Shown in pieces: positions 1-9,855 of a stretch of DNA of 64,000 nucleotides. This stretch comes from an uncultured Veillonella sp. Lineage in GTDB: Bacteria > Bacillota > Negativicutes > Veillonellales > Veillonellaceae. The notes beneath the pieces were generated by a model. It was not told where the DNA came from. It saw nothing but the letters and a program-made list of their open reading frames with translations, and did not search any database. The translations under genes were made by a program, and so were the position numbers. The DNA is taken from the NCBI GenBank assembly GCA_900549805.1, contig URPV01000001.1, positions 8,007-72,006 on the forward strand, given 5' to 3'. Within the stretch, counting starts at the first letter, position 1, and each line of letters opens with the position of its first letter.

Positions 1-2
1 AT

Positions 3-1454
3 ATGAATCTCTATGCAGACCTTCATGGCGTGCCTAAGGAAATTCGGCCTAAGCGCTTTAACCGCCTCTTGACCATGATGGGGCTAGACCAATTTACTAG
101 CAGACTAGCTGGTAAGCTGTCCGGTGGTATGAAGCAAAAGTTAGGCTTGGCCTGCACCCTGGTCCGGTCTCCTAAGCTCTTAATCTTAGATGAGCCGACA
201 GTAGGCGTAGACCCTCTCTCTAGGCGGGAGCTGTGGGAAGTCTTACAGGAACTGGTCAAGGCTGAAGACTTGTCTGTTTTGGTGTCCACCGCCTATATGG
301 ATGAAGCAGCCCAGTGTGACTGGGTGTATATGATGAACAAGGGCCATATATTAGCTGCTAATGAGCCTACGATCTTGGCCCAGGAGGCCCAAGGCCGATG
401 CTTTGAAGCTAAGCCGCCTCAGGGATTGCCTACGCGGGTCTTGCAGAGTCGACTCTTGGATGATCCTAGAGTGGCCGATGCGGTTCCATCCCATGGCTTG
501 GTCCGCTTTATTACGCGTGAATTGGGGGACTCTGTACCCTGGTTAGCCCCCCTTGGGGTTACCGTAGAAGCGGTCCCTTCTAGTCTGGAGGACACCTTTA
601 TGATGACCCTCCGTCAAGCCCAGGCTGGGTTAGCGCCAAAGGAGCCTTCTCAAGACCTATCGTATGTTGGGATAAGACCTGAAGAGCTTCCGTCTTTCCA
701 GGTGAATCTAGAGGCTAACCCCGTAGTCATCATGGTAGACCATGTGGTCAAGAAGTTCGGCGATTTTGTAGCCGTAGACCACACGACCTTTGATGTTCAT
801 CAGGGGGAAATCTTTGGCCTTTTAGGTCCAAACGGGGCTGGCAAGACCACCACCTTTAAGATGCTCTGTGGCCTATCACCGGCTACTGAGGGAGCCCTGT
901 CCGTGGTGGGTGTGGACCTACGAACCGCCCGGACGGAGGCGCGGGCCAATATTGGCTATGTGGCTCAAAAGTTCTCCCTCTATGGTGCCTTTACGGTCTA
1001 TGAAAACCTCCGCTTTTTCGGTGGTGCCTATGGCTTGTCAGGACAGGCCCTCAAGGACCGCATCGAAGAACTGTTGGTGGAATTCGACCTGGCCTCCAAG
1101 CGGAATGTTGCGGCAGACCTACTGTCTACGGGGTATAAGCAACGCTTGTCTATGGCGGCGGGTCTCATCCATAAGCCGTCTATCCTCTTTTTGGATGAAC
1201 CGACCTCTGGTATCGATCCCTTGGCTCGTCGGGCCTTTTGGCAGCGGATTACCCGCTTAGCCGCAGAGGGAACGACTATCATCATTACCACCCACTTCAT
1301 GGAGGAAGCAGAATATTGCGATCGCTTTATCATCCAGGACCGGGGCAAGCTCTTAATTCTAGGGAGACCATCACAGGTTCGGCAAGAGATGGGGGCCCCT
1401 CAGGCAGATATGAATGAGATCTTTATTCGCATTGTTGAAGAGGCAAGGGGGTGA
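3..1454 (+). CDS. ABC transporter ATP-binding protein with two NBDs (YbhF-like), 5'-truncated by window edge
   Basis: First NBD shows only LSGGMKQK and LILDEPT (its Walker A lies upstream of the window). Second NBD is complete: GPNGAGKT, LFLDEPT. Two ABC-2 permeases follow. Confidence 0.9.
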   Translation: MNLYADLHGVPKEIRPKRFNRLLTMMGLDQFTSRLAGKLSGGMKQKLGLACTLVRSPKLLILDEPTVGVDPLSRRELWEVLQELVKAEDLSVLVSTAYMDEAAQCDWVYMMNKGHILAANEPTILAQEAQGRCFEAKPPQGLPTRVLQSRLLDDPRVADAVPSHGLVRFITRELGDSVPWLAPLGVTVEAVPSSLEDTFMMTLRQAQAGLAPKEPSQDLSYVGIRPEELPSFQVNLEANPVVIMVDHVVKKFGDFVAVDHTTFDVHQGEIFGLLGPNGAGKTTTFKMLCGLSPATEGALSVVGVDLRTARTEARANIGYVAQKFSLYGAFTVYENLRFFGGAYGLSGQALKDRIEELLVEFDLASKRNVAADLLSTGYKQRLSMAAGLIHKPSILFLDEPTSGIDPLARRAFWQRITRLAAEGTTIIITTHFMEEAEYCDRFIIQDRGKLLILGRPSQVRQEMGAPQADMNEIFIRIVEEARG

Positions 1455-1458
1455 GTTT

Positions 1459-2583
1459 ATGAATCCATCGTTACAGAGGCTAGGTGCCTTGATTCGCAAG
1501 GAGTTTAGCCAATTGATTAGGGATAACTCTACCCTCCTCATGGGCATTGTCCTCCCCCTTATTTTGATCCTTATCATAGGCTACGGCATGTCTCTAGATG
1601 TTAAACATGTGCCTATGGCTGTGGTTTTGGAGGATAATTCCCCGACGGCCCGCCAGATGGTTAACTTTACGGAAGGGTCGGAATATTTTAATCCTACCTA
1701 TGTCTATGATGTGAAAAAGGCTAGCCAGCTACTACAGGGCCATCATGTGGATGCTATCTTGGTGGTGCCTCCTGATTTTTCCTCTAAGCTTACGGTTGGA
1801 GATGCTCGGCTTCAGCTAATCCTCAACGGTGGGGATGCCACTACGGCCCAAGTGACAGGGGCTTATGTGTCGGCAGCAGTCCTCTCTAAGGTGACCCAAG
1901 CCCAAGCGGCTGTTACCGCTGGTAACCAAGGCTATGGAGCTGTCACTGTAGATAGTCGCCTTTGGTTTAATGATGCCAACACCTCCACCTGGTTCTTTGT
2001 ACCAGGTATTCTCATGCTGGTACTGACCATTACGGGTGTCTTTCTGACGGCTGTGGTCATGGCTCGAGAGTGGGAGCGGGGAACATTTGAGTCCCTCTTC
2101 GTTACCCCCGTCAGGGTTTGGGAGATTATCCTAGCTAAGATGCTTCCTTATTTTCTTGTGGCCGTAGGGGGTCTAGTTCTCTGTCTCCTAGCAGGACGTA
2201 TCCTCTATGATCTTCCTATGCGGGGGTCTATGGTTCTCATTTTGGGAACCTCTATGCTTTACCTACTGGTAGCCCTCTGTATCGGTTTGGTTATTTCCGC
2301 CGTCACCAAGAGTCAGTTCGTGGCTTGTCAGATGTCCATTTATGTGAGTTTCCTGCCATCCGTTATGCTATCTGGTTTTATCTTTGACCTTCATTCGGAA
2401 CCGGCTGTCATCGCGCTCATATCTCAGGCCTTTCCGACTACCTACTACTTACAGCTCTTGAAGTCTCTACTTCTCGTGGGTAATGACTGGCATTTGATCA
2501 TCAAAAATTCCCTGATTCTCTTTGGTTACCTCTTGGTCTTCTTTGGACTGACCTTCTGGTTGACTAGAAAGAAGGTGGATTGA
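1459..2583 (+). CDS. ABC-2 type permease (YbhS-like)
   Basis: One N-terminal TM, large extracytoplasmic loop, REWERGTFE motif, multi-TM C-terminus. Start moved to ATG 1459 after GGGGGTG. Confidence 0.88.
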   Translation: MNPSLQRLGALIRKEFSQLIRDNSTLLMGIVLPLILILIIGYGMSLDVKHVPMAVVLEDNSPTARQMVNFTEGSEYFNPTYVYDVKKASQLLQGHHVDAILVVPPDFSSKLTVGDARLQLILNGGDATTAQVTGAYVSAAVLSKVTQAQAAVTAGNQGYGAVTVDSRLWFNDANTSTWFFVPGILMLVLTITGVFLTAVVMAREWERGTFESLFVTPVRVWEIILAKMLPYFLVAVGGLVLCLLAGRILYDLPMRGSMVLILGTSMLYLLVALCIGLVISAVTKSQFVACQMSIYVSFLPSVMLSGFIFDLHSEPAVIALISQAFPTTYYLQLLKSLLLVGNDWHLIIKNSLILFGYLLVFFGLTFWLTRKKVD

Positions 2584-3680
2584 TGCGCTGGCAACAATTG
2601 AAATATATGTTCCAAAAGGAAATCCTATCCCTCCTTAAGGATCCACGCCTTCGTTTTATCTTGCTTATGGGGGTTATCATTCAAGGGTTCCTCTTTGGCT
2701 ATGCGGCAAACTATGACCTAGTTCGAGCCCCTTATGTGGTGGTGGACCAGTCCCACAGCCGGGCCAGTCGAGATATGATGGCCCACGTGGAGGCAACAGG
2801 TATTTTTCACCGGGTGGCTCTTCTGGGCAATGTGAATGACGTAGGTCCCATGATTGAATCGGAAGAGGCCCTTTTTGCCCTTGTTTTTCCTCAGGATTTT
2901 GAGGATAAGATTGAAGGTGGGCAGGCGGCCCCTATGCAAATACTTCTAGATGGGCGCAATCCATCCATAGCGGGTCGTATTGAGGCTTATATAGGTTCCA
3001 TGGTGGCCTCCTATAATGAGGGTCATGGATTGACTAGCCCTGTGACAGTTATGACTCGGACCTGGTACAATCCTAACCAAATTTCCCGTTGGAACTTCCT
3101 CCCATCCTTAATCGCTATGATCTCTTTTATCCAGATTATCATGCTAGCCGGTATGTCTGTGGCCAAGGAACGGGAGCAGGGGACCTTTGATCAACTCCTA
3201 GTGACGCCCTTAACGCAGTCTGAAATTCTCCTGGGTAAGGCTTTGGCGCCTATGGTAGTGGGGATTGTCCAATCGTCCATCCTCTTTCTTCTATCCCGTT
3301 TTTGGTTTCAAGTCCCTGTGGGAGGGTCATTCTGGGCCATTCTGGCGGTCATCTCAGTTTTTGCTCTGTCTGCTACGGGTTTTGGCTTGATTTTGTCCTC
3401 CTTAGCCCGTAATATGCAGCAGGTTTTGGTTTATATTCTGGTCTCCGTATTACCCCTAGTTCTCTTGTCTGGCGTTGCGACACCGGTTCATAATATGCCC
3501 CTCTTTCTCCAGTACCTGACCTATATAGATCCCCTTCGCTTTGCAGTTGATGCGGTTCGTCGCATCTACTTGGAAGGGGCAAGCCTAGTGGATGTGGCTT
3601 GGGACTTTGTCCCTATGCTGGCTGTGGCAGCTGTAACTTTACCACTGGCGGCTTGGCTCTTTAGGAATAAGGCCCAATAG
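2580..3680 (+). CDS. ABC-2 type permease (YbhR-like)
   Basis: KEREQGTFDQLLVTP motif, paralogous to the preceding permease, overlaps its stop codon. Confidence 0.88.
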   Translation: MMRWQQLKYMFQKEILSLLKDPRLRFILLMGVIIQGFLFGYAANYDLVRAPYVVVDQSHSRASRDMMAHVEATGIFHRVALLGNVNDVGPMIESEEALFALVFPQDFEDKIEGGQAAPMQILLDGRNPSIAGRIEAYIGSMVASYNEGHGLTSPVTVMTRTWYNPNQISRWNFLPSLIAMISFIQIIMLAGMSVAKEREQGTFDQLLVTPLTQSEILLGKALAPMVVGIVQSSILFLLSRFWFQVPVGGSFWAILAVISVFALSATGFGLILSSLARNMQQVLVYILVSVLPLVLLSGVATPVHNMPLFLQYLTYIDPLRFAVDAVRRIYLEGASLVDVAWDFVPMLAVAAVTLPLAAWLFRNKAQ

Positions 3681-3695
3681 GTTTACTGGGCCCTT

Positions 3696-3738
3696 GATTG
3701 AATGAGTGGTCCTAGATTGAATGAGTGATCTTAGATTG
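3696..3738. repeat. 19-bp imperfect tandem direct repeat (2 copies plus partial)
   Basis: GATTGAATGAGTGGTCCTA / GATTGAATGAGTGATCTTA / GATTG. Confidence 0.8.
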
Positions 3739-3771
3739 GCTAGATACATCCTATTTGGGTAATGAGTTCTG

Positions 3772-3800
3772 TTGACATATCGAAAATATTAAATTAAGAT
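3772..3800 (+). promoter_or_regulatory. sigma-A promoter of doxX
   Basis: TTGACA-17 nt-TAAGAT. Confidence 0.6.
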
Positions 3801-3847
3801 TAGGGCAGATTACTATACTAGTAGTTCCTAGCGACAAGGAGGTCTCT

Positions 3848-4234
3848 ATGAATTTAGATAAATTTCAACCCTATGCCCTAGCTCTTTTGCGGATTATTGT
3901 GGGCTACATGCTCTTATTGCACGGCTTGGATAAGACCTTTGGTATCTTTGGGGGCTCTGTGCCCTTGGAATCCCTCTTTGGGGTGGGCGGCATCATCGAA
4001 TTGGTGACGGGCTTACTCATCTTAGTGGGGCTCTTTACCCGTGCGGCAGCCTTCTTGGCATCTGGCCAAATGGCTTATGCCTACTTCTTTATCCACAGTG
4101 CAGGAGGACAATTCTTCTTCCCTATGCTCAATAAGGGTGAGTTGGCTTTGACCTTTTCCTTGGTCTTCTTCTTCTTAATCTTCGCTGGACCTGGGGCCCT
4201 TGCCTTGGGCAACCATATATTCTTTAAAAAATAG
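3848..4234 (+). CDS. DoxX family membrane protein
   Basis: LLRIIVGYMLLLHGLDK, IELVTGLLILVGLFTRAAA and GPGALAL motifs; AGGAGG RBS. Confidence 0.85.
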   Translation: MNLDKFQPYALALLRIIVGYMLLLHGLDKTFGIFGGSVPLESLFGVGGIIELVTGLLILVGLFTRAAAFLASGQMAYAYFFIHSAGGQFFFPMLNKGELALTFSLVFFFLIFAGPGALALGNHIFFKK

Positions 4235-4262
4235 CATGAAGTAGAATCTATGGCTTTTGAGT

Positions 4263-4288
4263 GGACATCCATCTGGATGTCCTTTTTT
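4263..4288 (+). terminator. intrinsic terminator after doxX
   Basis: GGACATCC-atct-GGATGTCC followed by T6. Confidence 0.7.
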
Positions 4289-4353
4289 CTAGCCCCTCTA
4301 GGGGAAAAGTAGGTATAATGAGATATAGGATTTAGGAAAAGGAGTAGTTTACT

Positions 4354-4677
4354 ATGGCAAGACGACAAGAACCAGTAGAGATTAAAATCGTGACTGTTGA
4401 TATGGGGAAAACAGGCCTGTTTGTGGCGACATCTGTGGAGACGGGCGACTTGGTAGGACAAATGACCTTCTCTTTGGAGGCTAAGGTTATGACCGTCCCT
4501 CATACCTATGTGGAGCCTGACTATGAAGGACAAGGGGTCGCTGGTAAATTGACGGCCTTTATGATCGACTATGCCAAAAAGAAGGGCTATCAAGTGGTCC
4601 CTGAATGCTCTTACGTAGCAGTTTATTTTGAGCGTCATCAAGATTTGGTGGAGGGTATTTGGGAGCGAAACGCATAA
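4354..4677 (+). CDS. small GNAT-family acetyltransferase (YjdJ-like)
   Basis: HTYVEPDYEGQGVAGKL and VPECSYV motifs; AAGGAG RBS. Confidence 0.85.
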   Translation: MARRQEPVEIKIVTVDMGKTGLFVATSVETGDLVGQMTFSLEAKVMTVPHTYVEPDYEGQGVAGKLTAFMIDYAKKKGYQVVPECSYVAVYFERHQDLVEGIWERNA

Positions 4678-4738
4678 GTACTCATTCCTAGGAGGGAAGG
4701 TGTAGGATGTCACTTGTTGACAGTAGAAAGGAGGAATC

Positions 4739-5269
4739 ATGGAATCTCAAGATAGAGCCTATATAGAATCCCTGGTGCGGGCTATTCCCGATTTTCCACA
4801 ACCTGGTATTATCTTTCGAGACATTACTACGGTCATAAAGGATGCTAAGGGATTCGCAATCATCATGGATGACTTAGTGGATCGCTATAGGGAACAACAT
4901 ATCGACTATGTTATGGGAGCTGAGGCACGGGGCTTTATCTTTGGTGCAGCTCTGGCTTATGCTATCGGTGCCGGCTTTGTGCCAGCTCGTAAGCCCGGTA
5001 AGTTGCCTGCTCAGGTCTTGTCTGTTTCCTACGACCTAGAGTATGGATCTAATAGCATCGAGGTCCATAAGGATGCTATCCATAAAGGGGCCCGTGTTCT
5101 ACTCGTGGATGATCTCTTGGCGACCGGGGGGACGGCTAAAGCCATGATCCAATTGGTGGAAGAACTAGGAGCCCAAGTGGTGGAATTGGCCTTTGTCATT
5201 GCGTTGGCAGAACTCAAGGGGCGAGACCTTCTAGCGCCTTATTCCGTATACTCCCAGTTGACTTACTGA
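4739..5269 (+). CDS. apt: adenine phosphoribosyltransferase
   Basis: IPDFPQPGIIFRDIT, EARGF, RKPGKLP, LEYG, VDDLLATGGT. Confidence 0.97.
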   Translation: MESQDRAYIESLVRAIPDFPQPGIIFRDITTVIKDAKGFAIIMDDLVDRYREQHIDYVMGAEARGFIFGAALAYAIGAGFVPARKPGKLPAQVLSVSYDLEYGSNSIEVHKDAIHKGARVLLVDDLLATGGTAKAMIQLVEELGAQVVELAFVIALAELKGRDLLAPYSVYSQLTY

Positions 5270-5438
5270 AAGCTGGATAGCTATAGCTGAGGGGCCAGCT
5301 AGACCTGAGGCGCCAAATATACTTATTGAAGGCCAAGGTTAAGTCTAGTTTTTGCCTGTTATGAAATCCCTAGGAAATGGTAAGGAATTGTTTATAGAAT
5401 ACCCCTTGTTTCGTAATAAGTATTGGCTATTATATAGA

Positions 5439-5515
5439 CATCCCTTTTAAACACACAATACACACTCTCAAACAGGAAAGAGCTCCTACTTCGGTAGGGG
5501 CTCTTTTCTGTTTTT
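5439..5515 (+). ncRNA. candidate orphan small RNA (~75 nt)
   Basis: TTGTTT-16-TATTAT upstream, unstructured C/A-rich body, strong terminator, no ORF. Confidence 0.45.
5470..5515 (+). terminator. strong intrinsic terminator with cUUCGg loop
   Basis: AAACAGGAAAGAGCTCCTAC-ttcg-GTAGGGGCTCTTTTCTGTTT then TT. Confidence 0.85.
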
Positions 5516-5669
5516 GGTCTATTGCTTGCTGTCATAGGGGACTGGTACTAGTGGGCATTACTTTTATATAATGTATTGATATTGGTCTATGCGTAAATTG
5601 TGTTTGACGGCAATCACTTTATCCCTTATTGTGTTGAGTATATAGATTGATTTTGAAAGAAGGCCCACC

Positions 5670-6827
5670 ATGACGATGGAAGAAAAGATTTTTCAATACC
5701 TAGATAACCACGAACATGATATGATCCAATTCTGGAAGGACTTGGTTATGCATGAGTCTGGCTCTTTTGATAAGGTGGATTGTGATAAGACCCGAGACTT
5801 TCTCGTGGATCACTATAAGGCCTTAGGTGGTCAGGTTAGGACGACCGACTATAAAGAAGCAGGAGATATGATTATCGCCGACTTCAATCAAGAGGCTCCT
5901 GGGGCCCCTATTGTTTTCTCTGGTCACTATGATACGGTCTTCACCCATGGAGTAACCCGGGAACGCCCTTTCACCATTAAGGAGGGTAAAGCCTATGGTC
6001 CTGGGGTGGTAGATATGAAAGGTGGCGTAGCCATGGCCTTCTTCTTGACCAAAGCTCTCTTGGCCAGTGGTTATAAGGCGCATCCTATCCGTCTGGTCTT
6101 TGTAGGCGATGAAGAGGTTGGCCACCAATATTCCACAGGGGTGGATGATTTCCGTGCTGCTGTACGGGGTGCGGCGGCCGCCTTTAACTTTGAAACGGGC
6201 TATGAGGATAATGGCATCGTTACCGGTCGTAAGGGCGGAGCTAATGCCTACATAGATATCAAGGGCTTGGGTTCCCATGCAGGTATTGCCCCTGAAAAAG
6301 GGCGATCTGCAGTCCTAGAAATGGCCCACAAAATCATCGAAATTCAAGCTCTCACAGACTATGATCGAGGTATTACTTATAATGTGGGTATCGTTTCTGG
6401 AGGTACGGCTACTAACGCGGTCCCTGCAGAGGCCCATATGAAGGTGGATATTCGGGTTAAAAGCTTGAACCAACTAGAAGAGGTTAGGGATAAACTCCAA
6501 GCTATTGTGGACCATGCTCATGTGGAGGGCACGTCTGCTCGTATGGAATTTAAGGTGGTTATGCCTCCTATGGAAACCACAGAAGGGGTGGCCCATATGT
6601 TTAAGCTCTTGGAAGAGTCTGCTACAGAATTGGGTATGGGCCCTATCTACCAAAAGTATGTAGGTGGCGGGGCCGATTCTTCCTACGAAGCGGATGAAGG
6701 CGTTCCAACCCTCTGTTCTGTAGGGGTGGCCGGCTACGGCAACCACACGGTAGACGAGTATGCTGTGGTAGCGACTATGAAGGAGCGAACCAAGCTCATC
6801 GCTAAAACCCTTCTAAAACTCAACTAG
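5670..6827 (+). CDS. M20 family metallopeptidase (glutamate carboxypeptidase-like)
   Basis: GHYDTV, DMKGG, GDEE, HAG and GNHT metal-binding motifs. Confidence 0.9.
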   Translation: MTMEEKIFQYLDNHEHDMIQFWKDLVMHESGSFDKVDCDKTRDFLVDHYKALGGQVRTTDYKEAGDMIIADFNQEAPGAPIVFSGHYDTVFTHGVTRERPFTIKEGKAYGPGVVDMKGGVAMAFFLTKALLASGYKAHPIRLVFVGDEEVGHQYSTGVDDFRAAVRGAAAAFNFETGYEDNGIVTGRKGGANAYIDIKGLGSHAGIAPEKGRSAVLEMAHKIIEIQALTDYDRGITYNVGIVSGGTATNAVPAEAHMKVDIRVKSLNQLEEVRDKLQAIVDHAHVEGTSARMEFKVVMPPMETTEGVAHMFKLLEESATELGMGPIYQKYVGGGADSSYEADEGVPTLCSVGVAGYGNHTVDEYAVVATMKERTKLIAKTLLKLN

Positions 6828-6944
6828 GGTTGTTTGTTCCTAAGTAACCTATAGGTTGTTTGCGAACTTAGAATCTGCTTTTTTCTAGTGTTGTAGGGGC
6901 CATAAGTATGGCTCGCTTCTATGTGTTTAATAGGTGTTATGTAT

Positions 6945-7808
6945 ATGATTCAAAGAGCTAAACGGTGGACGCTCCGCCTTGTCATCGCCCTTATTATCTT
7001 AAGTCTCCTAGTAGGGGGGATTGCTGTGGCTGCCTGGTATGGATCTAGGTCCTATAAGGTGGTAGGGGTACCAGTTCTCAACTATCATCAGGTCAATGAT
7101 AAGTATGTGACCCCCTTGACGATCCCCACTAAGACCTTTAGGGAACAAATGGATTACCTAACCTCCCATGGCTTCCATACCATTAGCATGGACCAACTCT
7201 ATGCCTATTTGACAGAAGGGGCTGACCTGCCAGATAAGCCAGTTGTCATTACCTTTGATGATGGCTATATCGATAACTACGAAAACGTTCTACCTATCCT
7301 TAAACAACATGGCTTTACCGCCACCCTTTTTATGATAGGAGACGATATCAATAAGAGTCCTCGTTTCGTGACGGCTGACCAACTGCGGGCTATGGATGCT
7401 AATGGGTTTATTGTAGAAGGTCATACCTATACTCACCGCCGCCTACCAGACATTCCAGAAGGAGAACTTTACTCTGAGATGGTTAAGGGTAAGCAGGCTG
7501 TCGAGGCTGTTGTGGGCCACTCTGTGGATTACCTAGCCTATCCTGGTGGTTATAATAATGAGGCCGTCCGCAATGCGGCTCAAGCGGCCAACTATAAGAT
7601 GGCCTTTACAGTAGCGCCAGGTAATGTGCAACCAGGTGATGACCTCTATAAGCTCAATCGCCTAGCGATTTTTGAAAATGATGTTACCTATTATAGCTTC
7701 CTCATCCGCCTCCACTATCCTGCGGTGGTAGATGCCCTTTGGTCCTGGCGGGACCAGCTCAGGGATTCTGGCCATCCTAACCTAGCTAAGATGGTGCCTC
7801 TTTTCTAA
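6945..7808 (+). CDS. polysaccharide deacetylase (CE4/NodB), N-terminal membrane anchor
   Basis: VLNYH, TFDDGY, GHTYTH, AYPGG motifs; hydrophobic N-terminus. Start could be 6939 or 6945. Confidence 0.88.
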   Translation: MIQRAKRWTLRLVIALIILSLLVGGIAVAAWYGSRSYKVVGVPVLNYHQVNDKYVTPLTIPTKTFREQMDYLTSHGFHTISMDQLYAYLTEGADLPDKPVVITFDDGYIDNYENVLPILKQHGFTATLFMIGDDINKSPRFVTADQLRAMDANGFIVEGHTYTHRRLPDIPEGELYSEMVKGKQAVEAVVGHSVDYLAYPGGYNNEAVRNAAQAANYKMAFTVAPGNVQPGDDLYKLNRLAIFENDVTYYSFLIRLHYPAVVDALWSWRDQLRDSGHPNLAKMVPLF

Positions 7809-7839
7809 AACCTGTCCTATGGTTTAAGTTTTTGCGTCT

Positions 7840-7880
7840 AGCCCCTCGGGAGATAGCCTCTATCTTCCGAGGGGCTTTTT
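7840..7880 (+). terminator. intrinsic terminator
   Basis: AGCCCCTCGGGAGATAG / CTATCTTCCGAGGGGCT followed by T-run. Confidence 0.8.
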
Positions 7881-7965
7881 GCTTGGCTGATGGGGCTTTC
7901 AGATGAAAATGCTAAGAAAATTTGATACAATAGAGGCAATGTATTTATTTCTTTTGGAGGAAGAC

Positions 7966-8304
7966 ATGGCAACATTACCAAACTGCCCAAAGTGTAACGA
8001 GGCATATACTTACGAGGATGGGCACATGCTCGTATGCCCTATGTGCGGCTACGAATGGACACAAGCGGATGCGGACGCAGCAGCAGAAGCCTTGCTCGTG
8101 CGTGATGCTAACGGCAATGTCCTACAAGATGGCGATACTGTAACCATCATCAAAGATCTCAAGGTGAGGGGGGCCTCTACCTTAAAGCAAGGTACCCGGG
8201 TTAAAAATATACGCCTCGTAGCTGATAGCGATCACAATATCGATTGTAAGATTGATGGTTTTGGTGCTATGGCCTTAAAGTCTGAATTCGTTAAAAAGAT
8301 CTAA
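7966..8304 (+). CDS. yjdM: zinc-ribbon PhnA/YjdM family protein
   Basis: CPKC...[43 protein letters not shown] before ATG 7966. Confidence 0.9.
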   Translation: MATLPNCPKCNEAYTYEDGHMLVCPMCGYEWTQADADAAAEALLVRDANGNVLQDGDTVTIIKDLKVRGASTLKQGTRVKNIRLVADSDHNIDCKIDGFGAMALKSEFVKKI

Positions 8305-8373
8305 ATTGTATGCACCAGACTAAGGTCCCTTAGGGCCTTAGTCTATTTTCGTATAGGGAAGGAGGACCATTCT

Positions 8374-9855
8374 ATGAGCACTAAAGTTGATGTGCGAGAT
8401 TTGGTCTATCGTCAGGAACAGGGCGGTCAATTCCGTTGGATTACGGTAACTGTCCTATTAGTAGCGGTGGGGGAAATCCTCCACTTGATCAGTCCAAGTG
8501 TAGCAGGTATTACTCCATCGTGGCCTATTGCTGCCTATTGTGCGGCCATTATGTTAACCCGGCCTACCTATAGACAGACCTTGGGGATTGGCCTAGCGGT
8601 GGCCCTCTTAGGAGTTCTTACCTCTAAGTCTGCCTTCCCTTATGGGAACTTGGCAGCAGAACCGGTTGGGGCTTTGGCTTGTTGCTTCCTCATGCACCTC
8701 TTGGAGCGCCTGCGCCTACGCTATTTTGGCAAGCTAGATATAGGGCCAGTTATCTTAACCCTCATTACGACGGTTATTTCTGGGGCTATCTTCATTACCA
8801 TCCTTTGGCAGGTCATGGGGTTAGATGTGAATATCTATCTCAAGGGCATGTGGCCTATCGTTCTCATCGTAGCGGTAGTTAATGCTGTCGCGGCACCCCT
8901 TATGTACTACCCTGCTAAGCACCTCTTCGCTAAACGAGGTCTTGTAAAATTGTCAGAGAATGAAAAATCTGATCATTCTAACTTGGAATTGAAGCCTTCA
9001 CAAGCGGGTAAGATTTCTGTGGAGCATCTGACCTTCTCCTATGATGCTCAGAAGAAGCCTGTTTTAGAGGATATCAACCTAGCTATCCAAGAAGGGGACT
9101 TTATGGTTATCACCGGGCCGGCTGGTTGTGGTAAATCTACCCTCTGTATGGCCTTAACGGGGGCTGTACCTAAGTTCTACGGAGGCTTTATGAAGGGTAT
9201 GGTCTTTGTGGATGGCTTGGCGACAACCCAAGCGGATATTCCGACTATTGCTGACCATATCGGCGTAGTCTTGGCCGACTATGATACCCAATTGGTGACT
9301 ATGACCGTTCAAGAAGAAGTAGCCTTTGCTCTTGAAAACCGAGGCTATCAAGCAGATGCCATCAAGGTTCGCACTAAGGAAGTCTTGGCTCAAGTAGGTC
9401 TTACAGGCATGGAAGAGCGGGCTATCTCCTCCCTCTCTGGAGGTCAACGGCAACGCTTAGCTATTGCGTCTGTGTTAGCACCCAACCCATCTATCCTGGT
9501 TTTGGATGAGCCAACCTCTTCCTTGGATCCGGAAGGGACAGAAGAACTTTACCGTTTGGTGGGGGCCCTCAACAAGGACTATGGCATCACCGTGGTGGTT
9601 ATCGATCATGATCTCCATGCTATCCTGCCATATGCCAACCGTATGGTCCTCTTGGTAGAGGGTAAGGTAGCTTGCGATGCGTCTTTGTCTGAAACCCTAC
9701 AATATATGTACGAACATGATATTTATACGGATGCTTTGCCATCTCTCTTCAAGGCATCTATGGACCTCCGCCGCGGTGGGGTCTCAGTCTATGAGCCATG
9801 GTTGACCATTGAAGGGGCCAAGGCTGCTTTAAAAAGCTTTGGAGGTGAAGGCTAA
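8374..9855 (+). CDS. ECF transporter: S component (TrpP-like) fused to ATPase (EcfA)
   Basis: About 185 hydrophobic N-terminal residues, then an NBD with GPAGCGKST, LSGGQRQR and LVLDEPT. A second ATPase and a T component follow. Confidence 0.8.
   Translation: MSTKVDVRDLVYRQEQGGQFRWITVTVLLVAVGEILHLISPSVAGITPSWPIAAYCAAIMLTRPTYRQTLGIGLAVALLGVLTSKSAFPYGNLAAEPVGALACCFLMHLLERLRLRYFGKLDIGPVILTLITTVISGAIFITILWQVMGLDVNIYLKGMWPIVLIVAVVNAVAAPLMYYPAKHLFAKRGLVKLSENEKSDHSNLELKPSQAGKISVEHLTFSYDAQKKPVLEDINLAIQEGDFMVITGPAGCGKSTLCMALTGAVPKFYGGFMKGMVFVDGLATTQADIPTIADHIGVVLADYDTQLVTMTVQEEVAFALENRGYQADAIKVRTKEVLAQVGLTGMEERAISSLSGGQRQRLAIASVLAPNPSILVLDEPTSSLDPEGTEELYRLVGALNKDYGITVVVIDHDLHAILPYANRMVLLVEGKVACDASLSETLQYMYEHDIYTDALPSLFKASMDLRRGGVSVYEPWLTIEGAKAALKSFGGEG

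Noticed and set aside
3696..3738. Repeat as a CRISPR remnant
   Set aside because: Units are contiguous with no spacers, there are only two copies, and no cas genes are present.
4081..4740. 219-aa minus-strand ORF spanning doxX and the GNAT gene
   Set aside because: Overlaps two well-supported plus-strand genes and a terminator; no recognisable protein features.
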